From: Eledone cirrhosa
Lineage: Eukaryota
Assembly: GCA_964016885.1 (NCBI GenBank)
Contig: OZ024742.1
Location: forward strand, 319,176,001-319,240,000
Length of the DNA: 64,000 bases
Direction of reading: 5' to 3'
Shown: one piece after another, positions 51,701 to 63,600 of the stretch
Layout: every line of letters begins with the position of its first letter
Numbering within the stretch: the first letter of the stretch is position 1
Made by a program: the position numbers and the translations under genes
The notes under the pieces: generated by a model
Database searches by the model: none
Seen by the model: only the letters and a program-made list of their open reading frames with translations
Told to the model about the DNA's origin: nothing

Positions 51701-54700
51701 TGTGTCTGTTGCTGTTCTGTTGTGTATGTCTGTTGTTCTGTTGTGTATGTCTGTTGATGTTCTGTTGTGTATGTCTTTTGCTGTTCTGTTGTGTATGTCT
51801 GTTGATGTTCTGTTGTTTATGTCTTGCTGTTCTGTTGTGTATGTCTGTTGCTGTTCTGTTGTGTGTGTCTGTTGATGTTCTGTTGTGCGTGTCTGTTGAT
51901 GTTCTGTTGTGTATGTCTGTTGATGTTCTGTTGTGTATGTCTGTTGATGTTCTGTTGTGTATGTCTGTTGATGTTCTGTTGTGTATGTCTGTTGCTGTTC
52001 TGTTGAGTATGTCTGTTGGTGTTCTGTTGTGTATGTCTGTTGTTGTTCTGTTGTGTATGTCTGTTGATGTTCTGTTGTGTGTGTCTGTTGCTGTTCTGTT
52101 GTGTATGTCTGTTGATGTTCTGTTGTTTATGTCTTGCTGTTCTGTTGTGTATGTCTGTTTCTGTTCTGTTGTGTGTGTCTGTTGCTGTTCTGTTGTGTGT
52201 GTCTGTTGCTGTTCTGTTGTGTGTGTCTGTTGATGTTCTGTTGTGTGTGTCTGTTGATGTTCTGTTGTGTATGTCTGTTGATGTTCTGTTGTGTATGTCT
52301 GTTGGTGTTCTGTTGTGTATGTCTGTTGCTGTTCTGTTGTGTATGTCTGTTGGTGTTCTGTTGTGTATGTCTGTTGCTGTTCTGTTGTGTATGTCAGTTG
52401 ATGTTCTGTTGTGTATGTCTGTTGCTGTTCTGTTGTGTATGTCTGTTGATGTTCTGTTGTGTATGTCTGTTGGTGTTCTGTTGTGTATGTCTGTTGGTGT
52501 TCTGTTGTGTATGTCTGTTGTGTATGTCTGTTGCTGTTCTGTTGTGTATGTCTGTTGATGTTCTGTTGTGTGTGTCTGTTGATGTTCTGTTGTGTATGTC
52601 TGTTGATGTTCTGTTGTGTATGTCTGTTGATGTTCTGTTGTGTATGTCTGTTGATGTTCTGTTGTGTATGTCTGTTGGTGTTCTGTTGTGTATGTCTGTT
52701 GCTGTTCTGTTGTGTATGTCTGTTGTTGTTCTGTTGTGTATGTCTGTTGATGTTCTGTTGTGTGTGTCTGTTGCTGTTCTGTTGTGTATGTCTATTGATG
52801 TTCTGTTGTGTATGTCTGTTGGTGTTCTGTTGTGTATGTCTGTTGGTGTTCTGTTGTGTATGTCTGTTGGTGTTCTGTTGTGTATGTCTGTTGCTGTTCT
52901 GTTGTGTATGTCTTTTGATGTTCTGTTGTGTATGTCTGTTGGTGTTCTGTTGTGTATGTCTGTTGCTGTTCTGTTGTGTATGTCTGTTGATGTTCTGTTG
53001 TGTGTGTCTGTTGCTGTTCTGTTGTGTGTGTCTGTTGCTGTTTTGTTGTGTGTGTCTGTTGCTGTTTTGTTGTATGTGTCTGTTGCTGTTCTGTTGTGTG
53101 TGTCTGTTGCTGTTCTGTTGTGTGTGTCTGTTGCTGTTCTGTTGTGTGTGTCTGTTGCTGTTCTGTTGTGTGTGTCTGTTGCTGTTCTGTTGTGTGTGTC
53201 TGTTCTGTTGTGTGTGTCTGTTGATGTTCTGTTGTGTGTGTCTGTTGCTGTTCTGTTGTGTATGTCTGTCGATGTTCCGTTGTGTATGTCTGTTGGTGTT
53301 CTGTTGTGTATGTCTGTTGGTGTTCTGTTGTGTATGTCTGTTGATGTTCTGTTGTGTATGTCTGTTGATTTTCTGTTGTGTATGTCTGTTGGCGTTCTGT
53401 TGTGTATGTCTGTTGATGTTCTGTTGTGTATGTCTGTTGATGTTCTGTTGTGTGTGTCTGTTGATGTTCTGTTGTGTGTGTCTGTTGGTGTTCTGTTGTG
53501 TATGTCTGTTGGTGTTCTGTTGTGTATGTCTGTTGGTGTTCTGTTGTGTGTGTCTGTTGATGTTCTGTTGTGCGTGTCTGTTGATGTTCTGTTGTGTATG
53601 TCTGTTGATGTTCTGTTGTGTATGTCTGTTGATGTTCTGTTGTGTATGTCTGTTGGTGTTCTGTTGTGTATGTCTGTTGGTGTTCTGTTGTGTGTGTCTG
53701 TTGATGTTCTGTTGTGTATGTCTGTTGCTGTTCTGTTGTGTATGTCTGTTGATGTTCTGTTGTGTATGTCTGTTGCTGTTCTGTTGTGTATGTCTGTTGA
53801 TGTTCTGTTGTGTGTGTCTGTTGCTGTTCTGTTGTGTGTGTCTGTTGCTGTTCTGTTGTCTGTGTCTGTAGATGTTCTGTTGTGTGTGTCTGTTGATGTT
53901 CTGTTGTGTGTGTCTGTTCTGTTGCTGTTGATGTTCTGTTGTGTGTGTCTGTTGATGTTCTGTTGTGCGTGTCTGTTGCTGTTCTGTTGTCTGTGTCTGT
54001 AGATGTTCTGTTGTGTGTGTCTGTTGATGTTCTGTTGTGTGTGTCTGTTGCTGTTCTGTTGTGTGTGTCTGTTGCTGTTCTGTTGTGTGTGTCTGTTGCT
54101 GTTCTGTTGTGTGTGTCTGTTGCTGTTCTGTTGTGTGTGTCTATTGATGTTCTGTTGTGTATGTCTGTTGATGTTCTGTTGTGTATGTCTGTTGATGTTC
54201 TGTTGTGTGTTTCTGTTGATGTTCTGTTGTGTATGTCTGTTGGTGTTCTGTTGTGTATGTATGTTGCTGTTCTGTTGTGTGTGTCTGTTGATGTTCTGTT
54301 GTGCGTGTCTGTTGATGTTCTGTTGTGTGTGTCTGTTGATGTTCTGTTGTGTGTCTGTTGATGTTCTGTTGTGTATGTCTGTTGTTCTGTTGTGTATGTC
54401 TGTCGATGTTCTGTTGTGTATGTCTGTTGGTGTTCTGTTGTGTATGTCTGTTGATGTTCTGTTGTGTGTGTCTGTTGATGTTCTGTTGTGTATGTCTGTT
54501 GGTGTTCTGTTGTGTATGTCTGTTGATGTTCTGTTGTGTATGTCTGTTGATGTTCTGTTGTGTATGTCTGTTGATGTTCTGTTGCGTATGTCTGTTGCTG
54601 TTCTGTTGTGTATGTCTGTTGGTGTTCTGTTGTGTATGTCTGTTGGTGTTCTGTTGTGTATGTCTGTTGCTGTTCTGTTGTGTGTGTCTGCTGATGTTCT

Positions 54701-57700
54701 GTTGTGCGTGTCTGTTGATGTTCTGTTGTGTGTGTCTGTTGCTGTTCTGTTGTGTATGTCTGTTGTTCTGTTGTGTATGTCTGTTGATGTTCTGTTGTGT
54801 ATGTCTGTTGATGTTCTGTTGTGTATGTCTGTTGCTGTTCTGTTGTGTATGTCTGTTGATGTTCTGTTGTGTATGTCTTGCTGTTCTGTTGTGTATGTCT
54901 GTTGCTGTTCTGTTGTGTGTGTCTGTTGATGTTCTGTTGTGCGTGTCTGTTGATGTTCTGTTGTGTATGTCTGTTGATGTTCTGCTGTGTATGTCTGTTG
55001 ATGTTCTGTTGTGTATGTCTGTTGGTGTTCTGTTGTGTATGTCTGTTGATGTTCTGTTGTGTATGTCTGTTGATGTTCTGTTGTGTGTGTCTGTTGCTGT
55101 TCTGTTGTGTATGTCTGTTGATGTTCTGTTGTGTATGTCTTGCTGTTCTGTTGTGTATGTCTGTTGCTGTTCTGTTGTGTGTGTCTGTTGATGTTCTGTT
55201 GTGTGTGTCTGTTGATGTTCTGTTGTGTATGTCTGTTGATGTTCTGTTGTGTATGTCTGTTGATGTTCTGTTGTGTGTGTCTGTTGCTGTTCTGTTGTGT
55301 GTGTCTGTTGCTGTTCTGTTGTGTTTATCTGTTGATGTTCTGTTGTGTGTGTCTGTTGATGTTCTGTTGTGTGTGTCTGTTGCTGTTCTGTTGTGTGTGT
55401 CTGTTGCTGTTCTGTTGTGTGTGTCTGTTGCTGTTCTGTTGTGTGTATCTGTTGATGTTCTGTTGTGTGTGTCTGTTGATGTTCTGTTGTGTGTGTCTGT
55501 TGATGTTCTATTGTGTATGTCTGTTGATGTTCTGTTGTGTATGTCTGTTGATGTTCTGTTGTGTATGTCTGTTGATGTTCTGTTGTGTATGTCTGTTGAT
55601 GTTCTGTTGTGTATGTCTGTTGCTGTTATGTTGTGTATGTCTGTTGATGTTCTGTTGTGTATGTCTGTTGATGTTCTGTTGTGTATGTCTGTTGATGTTC
55701 TGTTGTGTGTGTCTGTTGGTGTTCTGTTGTGTGTGTCTGTTGCTGTTCTGTTGTGTATGTCTGTTGATGTTCTGTTGTGTGTGTCTGTTGATGTTCTGTT
55801 GTGTGTGTCTGTTGCTGTTCTGTTGTGTGTATCTGTTGCTGTTCTGTTGTGTGTATCTGTTGATGTTCTGTTGTGTGTGTCTGTTGATGTTCTGTTGTGT
55901 GTGTCTGCTGCTGTTCTGTTGTGTGTGTCTGTTGCTGTTCTGTTGTGTGTGTCTGTTGCTGTTCTGTTGTTTGTGTCTGTTGTGTATGTCTGTTCTGTTG
56001 TGTGTGTCTGTTGCTGTTCTGTTGTGTGTATCTGTTGCTGTTCTGTTGTTTGTGTCTGTTGCTGTTCTGTTGATGTTCTGTTGTGTATGTCTGTTGATGT
56101 TCTGTTGTGTGTGTCTGTTGATGTTCTGTTGTGTGTGTCTGTTGCTGTTCTGTTGTGTGTGTCTGTTGATGTTCTGTTGTGTGTGTCTGTTGATGTTCTG
56201 TTGTGTGTGTCTGTTGATGTTCTGTTGTGTGTGTCTGTTGATGTTCTGTTGTGTATGTCTGTTGATGTTCTGTTGTGCGTGTCTGTTGATGTTCTGTTGT
56301 GTATGTCTGTTGCTGTTCTGTTGTGTATGTCTGTTGCTGTTCTGTTGTGTGTGTCTGTTGATGTTCTGTTGTGTGTGTCTGTTGATGTTCTGTTGTGTGT
56401 GTCTGTTGCTGTTCTGTTGTCTGTGTCTGTAGACGTTCTGTTGTGTGTGTCTGTTGATGTTCTGTTGTGTGTGTCTGTTGCTGTTCTGTTGTGTGTGTCT
56501 GTTGTGTGTGTCTGTTGCTGTTCTGTTGTCTGTGTCTGTAGATGTTCTGTTGATGTTCTGTTGTGTGTGTCTGTTGCTGTTCTGTTATGTGTGTCTGTTG
56601 ATGTTCTGTTGCTGTTCTGTTGTGTGTGTCTGTTGATGTTCTGTTGTGTGTGTCTGTTGATGTTCTGTTGTGTGTGTCTGTTGCTGTTCTGTTGTCTGTG
56701 TCTGTAGATGTTCTGTTGTGTGTGTCTGTTGATGTTCTGTTGTGTGTGTCTGTTGCTGTTCTGTTGTGTGTGTCTGTTGCTGTTCTGTTGTGTGTGTCTG
56801 TTGCTGTTCTGTTGTCTGTGTCTGTAGATGTTCTGTTGTGCGTGTCTGTTGATGTTCTGTTGTGTGTGTCTGTTGCTGTTCTGTTATGTGTGTCTGCTGT
56901 GTGTGTCTGTTGATGTTCTGTTGTGTGTGTCTGTTGCTGTTCTGTTGTGTGTGTCTATTGATGTTCTGTTGTGTATGTCTGTTGGTGTTCTGTTGTGTAT
57001 GTCTGTTGATGTTCTGTTGTGCGTGTCTGTTGCTGTTCTGTTGTGTGTATCTGTTGATGTTCTGTTGTGTGTGTCTGTTGATGTTCTGTTGTGTATGTCT
57101 GTTGATGTTCTGTTGTCTGTGTCTGTTGCTGTTCTGTTGTGTGTGTCTGTTGCTGTTCTGTTGTGTGTATCTGTTGATGTTCTGTTGTGTGTGTCTCTGT
57201 TGATGTTCTATTGTGTATGTCTGTTGATGTTCTGTTGTGTATGTCTGTTGATGTTCTGTTGTGTATGTCTGTTGCTGTTCTGTTGTGTATGTCTGTTGCT
57301 GTTCTGTTGTGTATGTCTGTTGCTGTTATGTTGTGTATGTCTGTTGATGTTCTGTTGTGTATGTCTGTTGATGTTCTGTTGTGTGTGTCTGTTGGTGTTC
57401 TGTTGTGTGTGTCTGTTGCTGTTCTGTTGTGTATGTCTGTTGATGTTCTGTTGATGTTCTGTTGTGTATGTCTATTGATGTTCTGTTGTGTATGTCTGTT
57501 GATGTTCTGTTGATATTCTGTTGTGTGTGTCTGTTGCTGTTCTGTTGTGTGTGTCTGTTGCTGTTCTGTTGTGTGTATCTGTTGATGTTCTGTTGTGTGT
57601 GTCTGTTGATGTTCTGTTGTGTGTGTCTGTTGCTGTTCTGTTGTGTGTGTCTGTTGCTGTTCTGTTGTTTGTGTCTGTTGTGTGTGTCTGTTGATGTTCT

Positions 57701-60510
57701 GTTGTGTATGTCTGTTGATTTTCTGTTGTGTATGTCTTGCTGTTCTGTTGTGTATGTCTGTTGCTGTTCTGTTGTGTGTGTCTGTTGATGTTCTGTTTTG
57801 TGTGTCTGTTGCTGTTCTGTTGTCTGTGTCTGTAGATGTTCTGTTGTGTGTGTCTGTTGATGTTCTGTTGTGTGTGTCTGTTGCTGTTCTGTTGCTGTTC
57901 TGTTGTCCGTGTCTGTTGATGTTCTGTTGTGTGTGTCTGTTGCTGTTCTGTTATGTGTGTCTGTTGATGTTCTGTTGTGTGTGTCTGTTGCTGTTCTGTT
58001 GTGTGTGTCTATTGATGTTCTGTTGTGTATGTCTGTCGATGTTCTGTTGTGTATGTCTGTTGGTGTTCTGTTGTGTATGTCTGTTGATGTTCTGTTGTGT
58101 GTGTCTGTTGATGTTCTGTTGTGTGTTTCTGTTGGTGTTCTGTTGTGTATGTCTGTTGATGTTCTGTTGTGTATGTCTGTTGATGTTCTGTTGTGTATGT
58201 CTGTTGATGTTCTGTTGTGTATGTCTGTTGATGTTCTGTTGTGTATGTCTGTTGCTGTTCTGTTGTGTATGTCTGTTGATGTTCTGTTGTGTATGTCTGT
58301 TGCTGTTCTGTTGTGTATGTCTGTTGATGTTCTGTTGTGTATGTCTGTTGATGTTCTGTTGTGTATGTCTGTCGGTGTTCTGTTGTGTATGTATGTTGCG
58401 GATCTGTTGTGTGTGTCTGTTGATGTTCTGTTGTGCGTGTCTGTTGATGTTCTGTTGTGTGTGTCTGTTGCTGTTCTGTTGTGTATGTCTGTTGTTCTGT
58501 TGTGTATGTCTGTTGATGTTCTGTTGTGTATGTCTTTTGCTGTTCTGTTGTGTATGTCTGTTGATGTTCTGTTGTTTATGTCTTGCTGTTCTGTTGTGTA
58601 TGTCTGTTGCTGTTCTGTTGTGTGTGTCTGTTGATGTTCTGTTGTGCGTGTCTGTTGATGTTCTGTTGTGTATGTCTGTTGATGTTCTGTTGTGTATGTC
58701 TGTTGATGTTCTGTTGTGTATGTCTGTTGATGTTCTGTTGTGTATGTCTGTTGCTGTTCTGTTGAGTATGTCTGTTGGTGTTCTGTTGTGTATGTCTGTT
58801 GTTGTTCTGTTGTGTATGTCTGTTGATGTTCTGTTGTGTGTGTCTGTTGCTGTTCTGTTGTGTATGTCTGTTGATGTTCTGTTGTTTATGTCTTGCTGTT
58901 CTGTTGTGTATGTCTGTTTCTGTTCTGTTGTGTGTGTCTGTTGCTGTTCTGTTGTGTGTGTCTGTTGCTGTTCTGTTGTGTGTGTCTGTTGATGTTCTGT
59001 TGTGTGTGTCTGTTGATGTTCTGTTGTGTATGTCTGTTGATGTTCTGTTGTGTATGTCTGTTGGTGTTCTGTTGTGTATGTCTGTTGCTGTTCTGTTGTG
59101 TATGTCTGTTGGTGTTCTGTTGTGTATGTCTGTTGCTGTTCTGTTGTGTATGTCAGTTGATGTTCTGTTGTGTATGTCTGTTGCTGTTCTGTTGTGTATG
59201 TCTGTTGATGTTCTGTTGTGTATGTCTGTTGGTGTTCTGTTGTGTATGTCTGTTGGTGTTCTGTTGTGTATGTCTGTTGTGTATGTCTGTTGCTGTTCTG
59301 TTGTGTATGTCTGTTGATGTTCTGTTGTGTGTGTCTGTTGATGTTCTGTTGTGTATGTCTGTTGATGTTCTGTTGTGTATGTCTGTTGATGTTCTGTTGT
59401 GTATGTCTGTTGATGTTCTGTTGTGTATGTCTGTTGGTGTTCTGTTGTGTATGTCTGTTGCTGTTCTGTTGTGTATGTCTGTTGTTGTTCTGTTGTGTAT
59501 GTCTGTTGATGTTCTGTTGTGTGTGTCTGTTGCTGTTCTGTTGTGTATGTCTATTGATGTTCTGTTGTGTATGTCTGTTGGTGTTCTGTTGTGTATGTCT
59601 GTTGGTGTTCTGTTGTGTATGTCTGTTGGTGTTCTGTTGTGTATGTCTGTTGCTGTTCTGTTGTGTATGTCTTTTGATGTTCTGTTGTGTATGTCTGTTG
59701 GTGTTCTGTTGTGTATGTCTGTTGCTGTTCTGTTGTGTATGTCTGTTGATGTTCTGTTGTGTGTGTCTGTTGCTGTTCTGTTGTGTGTGTCTGTTGCTGT
59801 TTTGTTGTGTGTGTCTGTTGCTGTTTTGTTGTATGTGTCTGTTGCTGTTCTGTTGTGTGTGTCTGTTGCTGTTCTGTTGTGTGTGTCTGTTGCTGTTCTG
59901 TTGTGTGTGTCTGTTGCTGTTCTGTTGTGTGTGTCTGTTGCTGTTCTGTTGTGTGTGTCTGTTCTGTTGTGTGTGTCTGTTGATGTTCTGTTGTGTGTGT
60001 CTGTTGCTGTTCTGTTGTGTATGTCTGTCGATGTTCCGTTGTGTATGTCTGTTGGTGTTCTGTTGTGTATGTCTGTTGGTGTTCTGTTGTGTATGTCTGT
60101 TGATGTTCTGTTGTGTATGTCTGTTGATTTTCTGTTGTGTATGTCTGTTGGCGTTCTGTTGTGTATGTCTGTTGTGTATGTCTGTTGATGTTCTGTTGTG
60201 TATGTCTGTTGATGTTCTGTTGTGTATGTTTGCTGTTCTGTTGTGTATGTCTGTTGATGTTCTGTTGTGTATGTCTGTTGGTGTTCTGTTGTGTATGTGT
60301 GTTGCTGTTCTGTTGTGTATGTCTGTTGATGTTCTGTTGTATATGTCTGTTGTGTATGTCTGTTGCTGTTCTGTTGTGTATGTCTGTTGATGTTCTGTTG
60401 TGTATGTCTGTTGCTGTTCTGTTGTGTATGTCTGTTGATGTTCTGTTGTATATGTCTGTTGTGTATGTCTGTTGCTGTTCTGTTGTGTATGTCTGTTGAT
60501 GTTCTGTCGT
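39730..60510 (+). repeat. ~20.8 kb minisatellite array, 24-bp unit GTTCTGTTGTGTRTGTCTGTTGVT, with ~6.3-7.0 kb higher-order repeat, inside TPR intron 10
   Basis: Directly visible. Length/24 gives roughly 860 units. Rare variants recur at a fixed long period, e.g. GCGGAT at 44625, 51639 and 58398. Confidence 0.98.
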
Positions 60511-60773
60511 GTCTTCTTTGTCAGGTTTAAGCATACGTTATTTAATAATTGTATACATGTAAGCTGCCATCATATGAGTGCTATTCATTCTGTTATTTGC
60601 CTGTATATTAGTGGTACTTTCAGAATCTGTGAAGATTGTTCTGCATACATACATGTAGCTTTTGTGTTTTATTTTTATGTAGAATAATTTTGTAGGTATA
60701 GGACTTTGAAGCTGCTCTGAAGCTATATAGTATATTATATTGTTTTTTTTTAATGTTTTTTTTTTGTATTTAG

Positions 60774-60842
60774 ATCAAACCAAACTGGAAGCTTCGAAGG
60801 ATTTGGAAAAAACAAAATATTTGCAACAGCTTGAGATTAAAG
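60774..60842 (+). CDS. TPR: TPR exon 11 (69 nt)
   Basis: T-rich tract ending tttag / G|gtaaat; (N)QTKLEASKDLEKTKYLQQLEIK; phase 1 matches exon 10. Confidence 0.82.
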
Positions 60843-61079
60843 GTAAATTTCCTTCAGACTTTTATTTTATTTGTGGTTCCTTTATCCATTCTCCATACAT
60901 ATTTGTTGATATCTAGGTGACATGCTCTATTTGTCATTTAATCGAAAATTACCAAAGAGTCATCTGGAATAACAAATCGAAGATCATATTTTAAATTTAA
61001 AGTATCTTATTTGTTTGTAACTTGTATCTTATTGCTTTTTTATCATTTTAACCACCATATCCTATACTTTTCTTTCCAG

Positions 61080-61145
61080 ATAAAAGGATAAAAAATCTCG
61101 AAAATGAACTCCATAATGCTAATGATCTTCTCTCGAAGACAAAAT
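61080..61145 (+). CDS. TPR: TPR exon 12 (66 nt)
   Basis: tttccag / T|gtaagt; (D)KRIKNLENELHNANDLLSKTK, with the conserved ELxNANDLL motif. Confidence 0.9.
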
Positions 61146-61838
61146 GTAAGTTGTCAGAATAATATTTTGTGATAGTTTACCAAACATTGAAGCACTGTAT
61201 TTTTTTCTTAAGTCGGTGATTAGGTATGCATGGGCGTAGATTAAGTAAATATATAAACTCTTATCTCGGCCGCAGTATATTGGATTATGTTGAAGAATGT
61301 GTTTTAGTCCTCCTGTAAGTCTTTACATTTATATAATCAGCACAAAAGTAAGAGTTTCATAATAGATGAGTTGTTAAGAAGTTTAAAACCCAATTGTATT
61401 CTGGCTTTGAGATCATAGAAATTTTAAAGATACATTTTCGTGTAGGTGTCAACAAAAAGCACCCAGCCTACACTGTAAAGTGCATGCTAACTTGAAAAGT
61501 GGACATTAAACAATGACGATGATGATGATTTTTATTTCTCCAAAATCAATAAAATGAATATCAAATCAAGTAGAATAAACTTTGCTTTAGTATTAAAGCA
61601 CGAAGTTAACTGAGTGTTTATATATGTTCGCTAAGTCGCTAATGAGTTGAGATATCACCTATTGCTCTCTAGTTAACAACACTGTAATAGGCTAGCATTC
61701 TATCCACTTCAAATTATGAACACTTAGCATGTACTCCATCTTTGACTAAACTGATTTTATAATGACTTTCCAAGTGTTTTTTTTAAATTAATAAACTCAT
61801 TTAGTTGATTATTATTACTATTGTTTATTTGTATGTAG

Positions 61839-61936
61839 TGGGAAGTCGAGAAATGTCTGCTGAAAGTATAGCATCACTTTCACCAACGGCTGCTGCAACT
61901 AGTAAGCTGCTCAAGTCTGGCATGACATTAACACAG
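61839..61936 (+). CDS. TPR: TPR exon 13 (98 nt)
   Basis: atgtag / CAG|gtaact; LSPTAAATSKLLKSGMTLTQ, a hallmark Tpr/Mlp motif. Confidence 0.95.
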
Positions 61937-62924
61937 GTAACTCCCATATCTTTTCTCTCTCCCCCTCCCTCATTATGAGAAATGTCCACATTTTAAAACA
62001 GATTTCATTCTAGGTAGGGACATGGCTATGTGGTTAAAAAGATTGCTTCCCGACTGTGTAGTTCTGGGTTCAGTCCCACTACATGGTACCTTGGGCAAGT
62101 GTTGTCTATGGTGTTGAGTTCTTGTGAGTGGAATTTACTGCTGTGTGTTTAAGTCTGTTTTGTTTCCTCTTGTCTTTAAAATGTTTGTTGCATGACTTTG
62201 TTCTGTAACTTAGTGGTTCAATAAATAAAGATCAATAAAATAATCATCAAACTAGCCGTTGTGATTGACTAAGGCCATTAAGGCATGTCCACAGTCCAAT
62301 GAGGGAAACCACTAAAAGAATTCTGTTATAAATATATGGGTATGATGAACTCACATGAGGTTGTGGGTTTCATTTGAGGGCCAAGTTGGATGGTGTGTCC
62401 TTGAGCATGACACTTCATTTCACATTGCTCCGGCCCCCTCAGCTGAAAGCAAATGAATGCCAGTCCCACCCAGTGTAGCGTCTAGCACTCCCAGTTGCTT
62501 AAAGCCAGAGAAGCCAAGATAAGCTCTAGCCTGTTGGGCCTCAAAGCTTTAAACAGACTTGAACTTTTGATACTGAGCCACCCAAAGCTGCCTCTGTTTT
62601 TATGAAACACATCCACCCATTTTAAAGACTTCCTACTTTCAAATTTTGTTATATTTCCAATGAAATACGCTGTTTACAAATTTCAATTATTATTTTACCT
62701 TCCAGTGTAATTTTATATAACATTTTGTCATGTTACAAATACCAACTTAATGAAACTATTATTTTAGTAAATGCTTACCAAATTCCTCATTAATTAAAAT
62801 ACAAAGTATTTCATTAGAAATATTGTAACAAAAAGTTTAAAAATGATTGCATATAAAAACATTTGTGTATAACTGGTTGATGTGTTGGGTTTTCTCTATA
62901 TCTTCCCTTGTTCCACATTGCTAG

Positions 62925-63122
62925 ATCTACAATGAATATGTGCATGCCATTGACGAGCTACAGCTGGAGAAGGAGGAAAGTAAAAGGCTGCAGAGTTACT
63001 TGGATCAGATCATGCAAGAAATCGAGGAAAAAACCCCCATATTAAGGCAACAACGAGAAGATTATGAACAAGCCTTACTCACTATTACACAGCTTACTCA
63101 CAAATTGGACACAGCTATGTTG
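62925..63122 (+). CDS. TPR: TPR exon 14 (198 nt); gene continues beyond the window
   Basis: gctag / TTG|gtaagt; IYNEYVHAIDELQLEKEESKRLQSYLDQIMQEIEEKTPILRQQREDYE, conserved in TPR. Confidence 0.95.
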
Positions 63123-63600
63123 GTAAGTTTTTGACTGATGAAATCAGTGGCTGGGAATTAGTTATTATTATATTGTTGTATATTATTGTTCAACCATAGA
63201 AGTGTGGTATTCATAATGAAAATAGATGATATAGAGTAGAAAGGACTATTCAGTTTTGCCAAGCACACAACAGCCTCTTTAGTGTTGGTACCATGATAAA
63301 ATGCCTCAGTACACTCTGTAAAGTGGTTGGTATTAGCAATGGCATCCAGCTATAAAAACCATGCCAAAATGTGGAATGTAGTCTCGGATTATAAAGATCT
63401 GTTTCAAATGCAGATGTTAAGGATGATACCATATTTTAGACTGCAGAATATTTAAATCACGTAAATGTGGTGTCATAGATGAAAAATACATTAAAATCAT
63501 TGATATTTCTAGTGTGGAAGAACAAGTGACTTTCAATCTTCAGCTGTGTCTTATTGATATTTCTAGTCATGATTGTATGGAAGAAAACTAACTTTCAATC

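Noticed and set aside
39730-60510. CRISPR-like or information-coding array
   Set aside because: There are no unique spacers and the context is eukaryotic. Variation is limited to a few positions and is copied in blocks, as expected for satellite turnover.
59551-60534. Antisense ORF with TTEHQQTY repeats (mucin-like)
   Set aside because: The A/C-rich strand cannot easily form stop codons. There is no signal peptide, unique domain or promoter evidence.
39701-60687. Dozens of long Cys/Val/Leu-rich ORFs (MFCCVCLL / CVSVDVLL repeats) as novel proteins
   Set aside because: They follow from a 24-bp (8-codon) repeat lacking stops in two frames. Frames switch at half-unit indels and the region is intronic. 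Read-through from exon 10 stops at 39711-39713, before the array.
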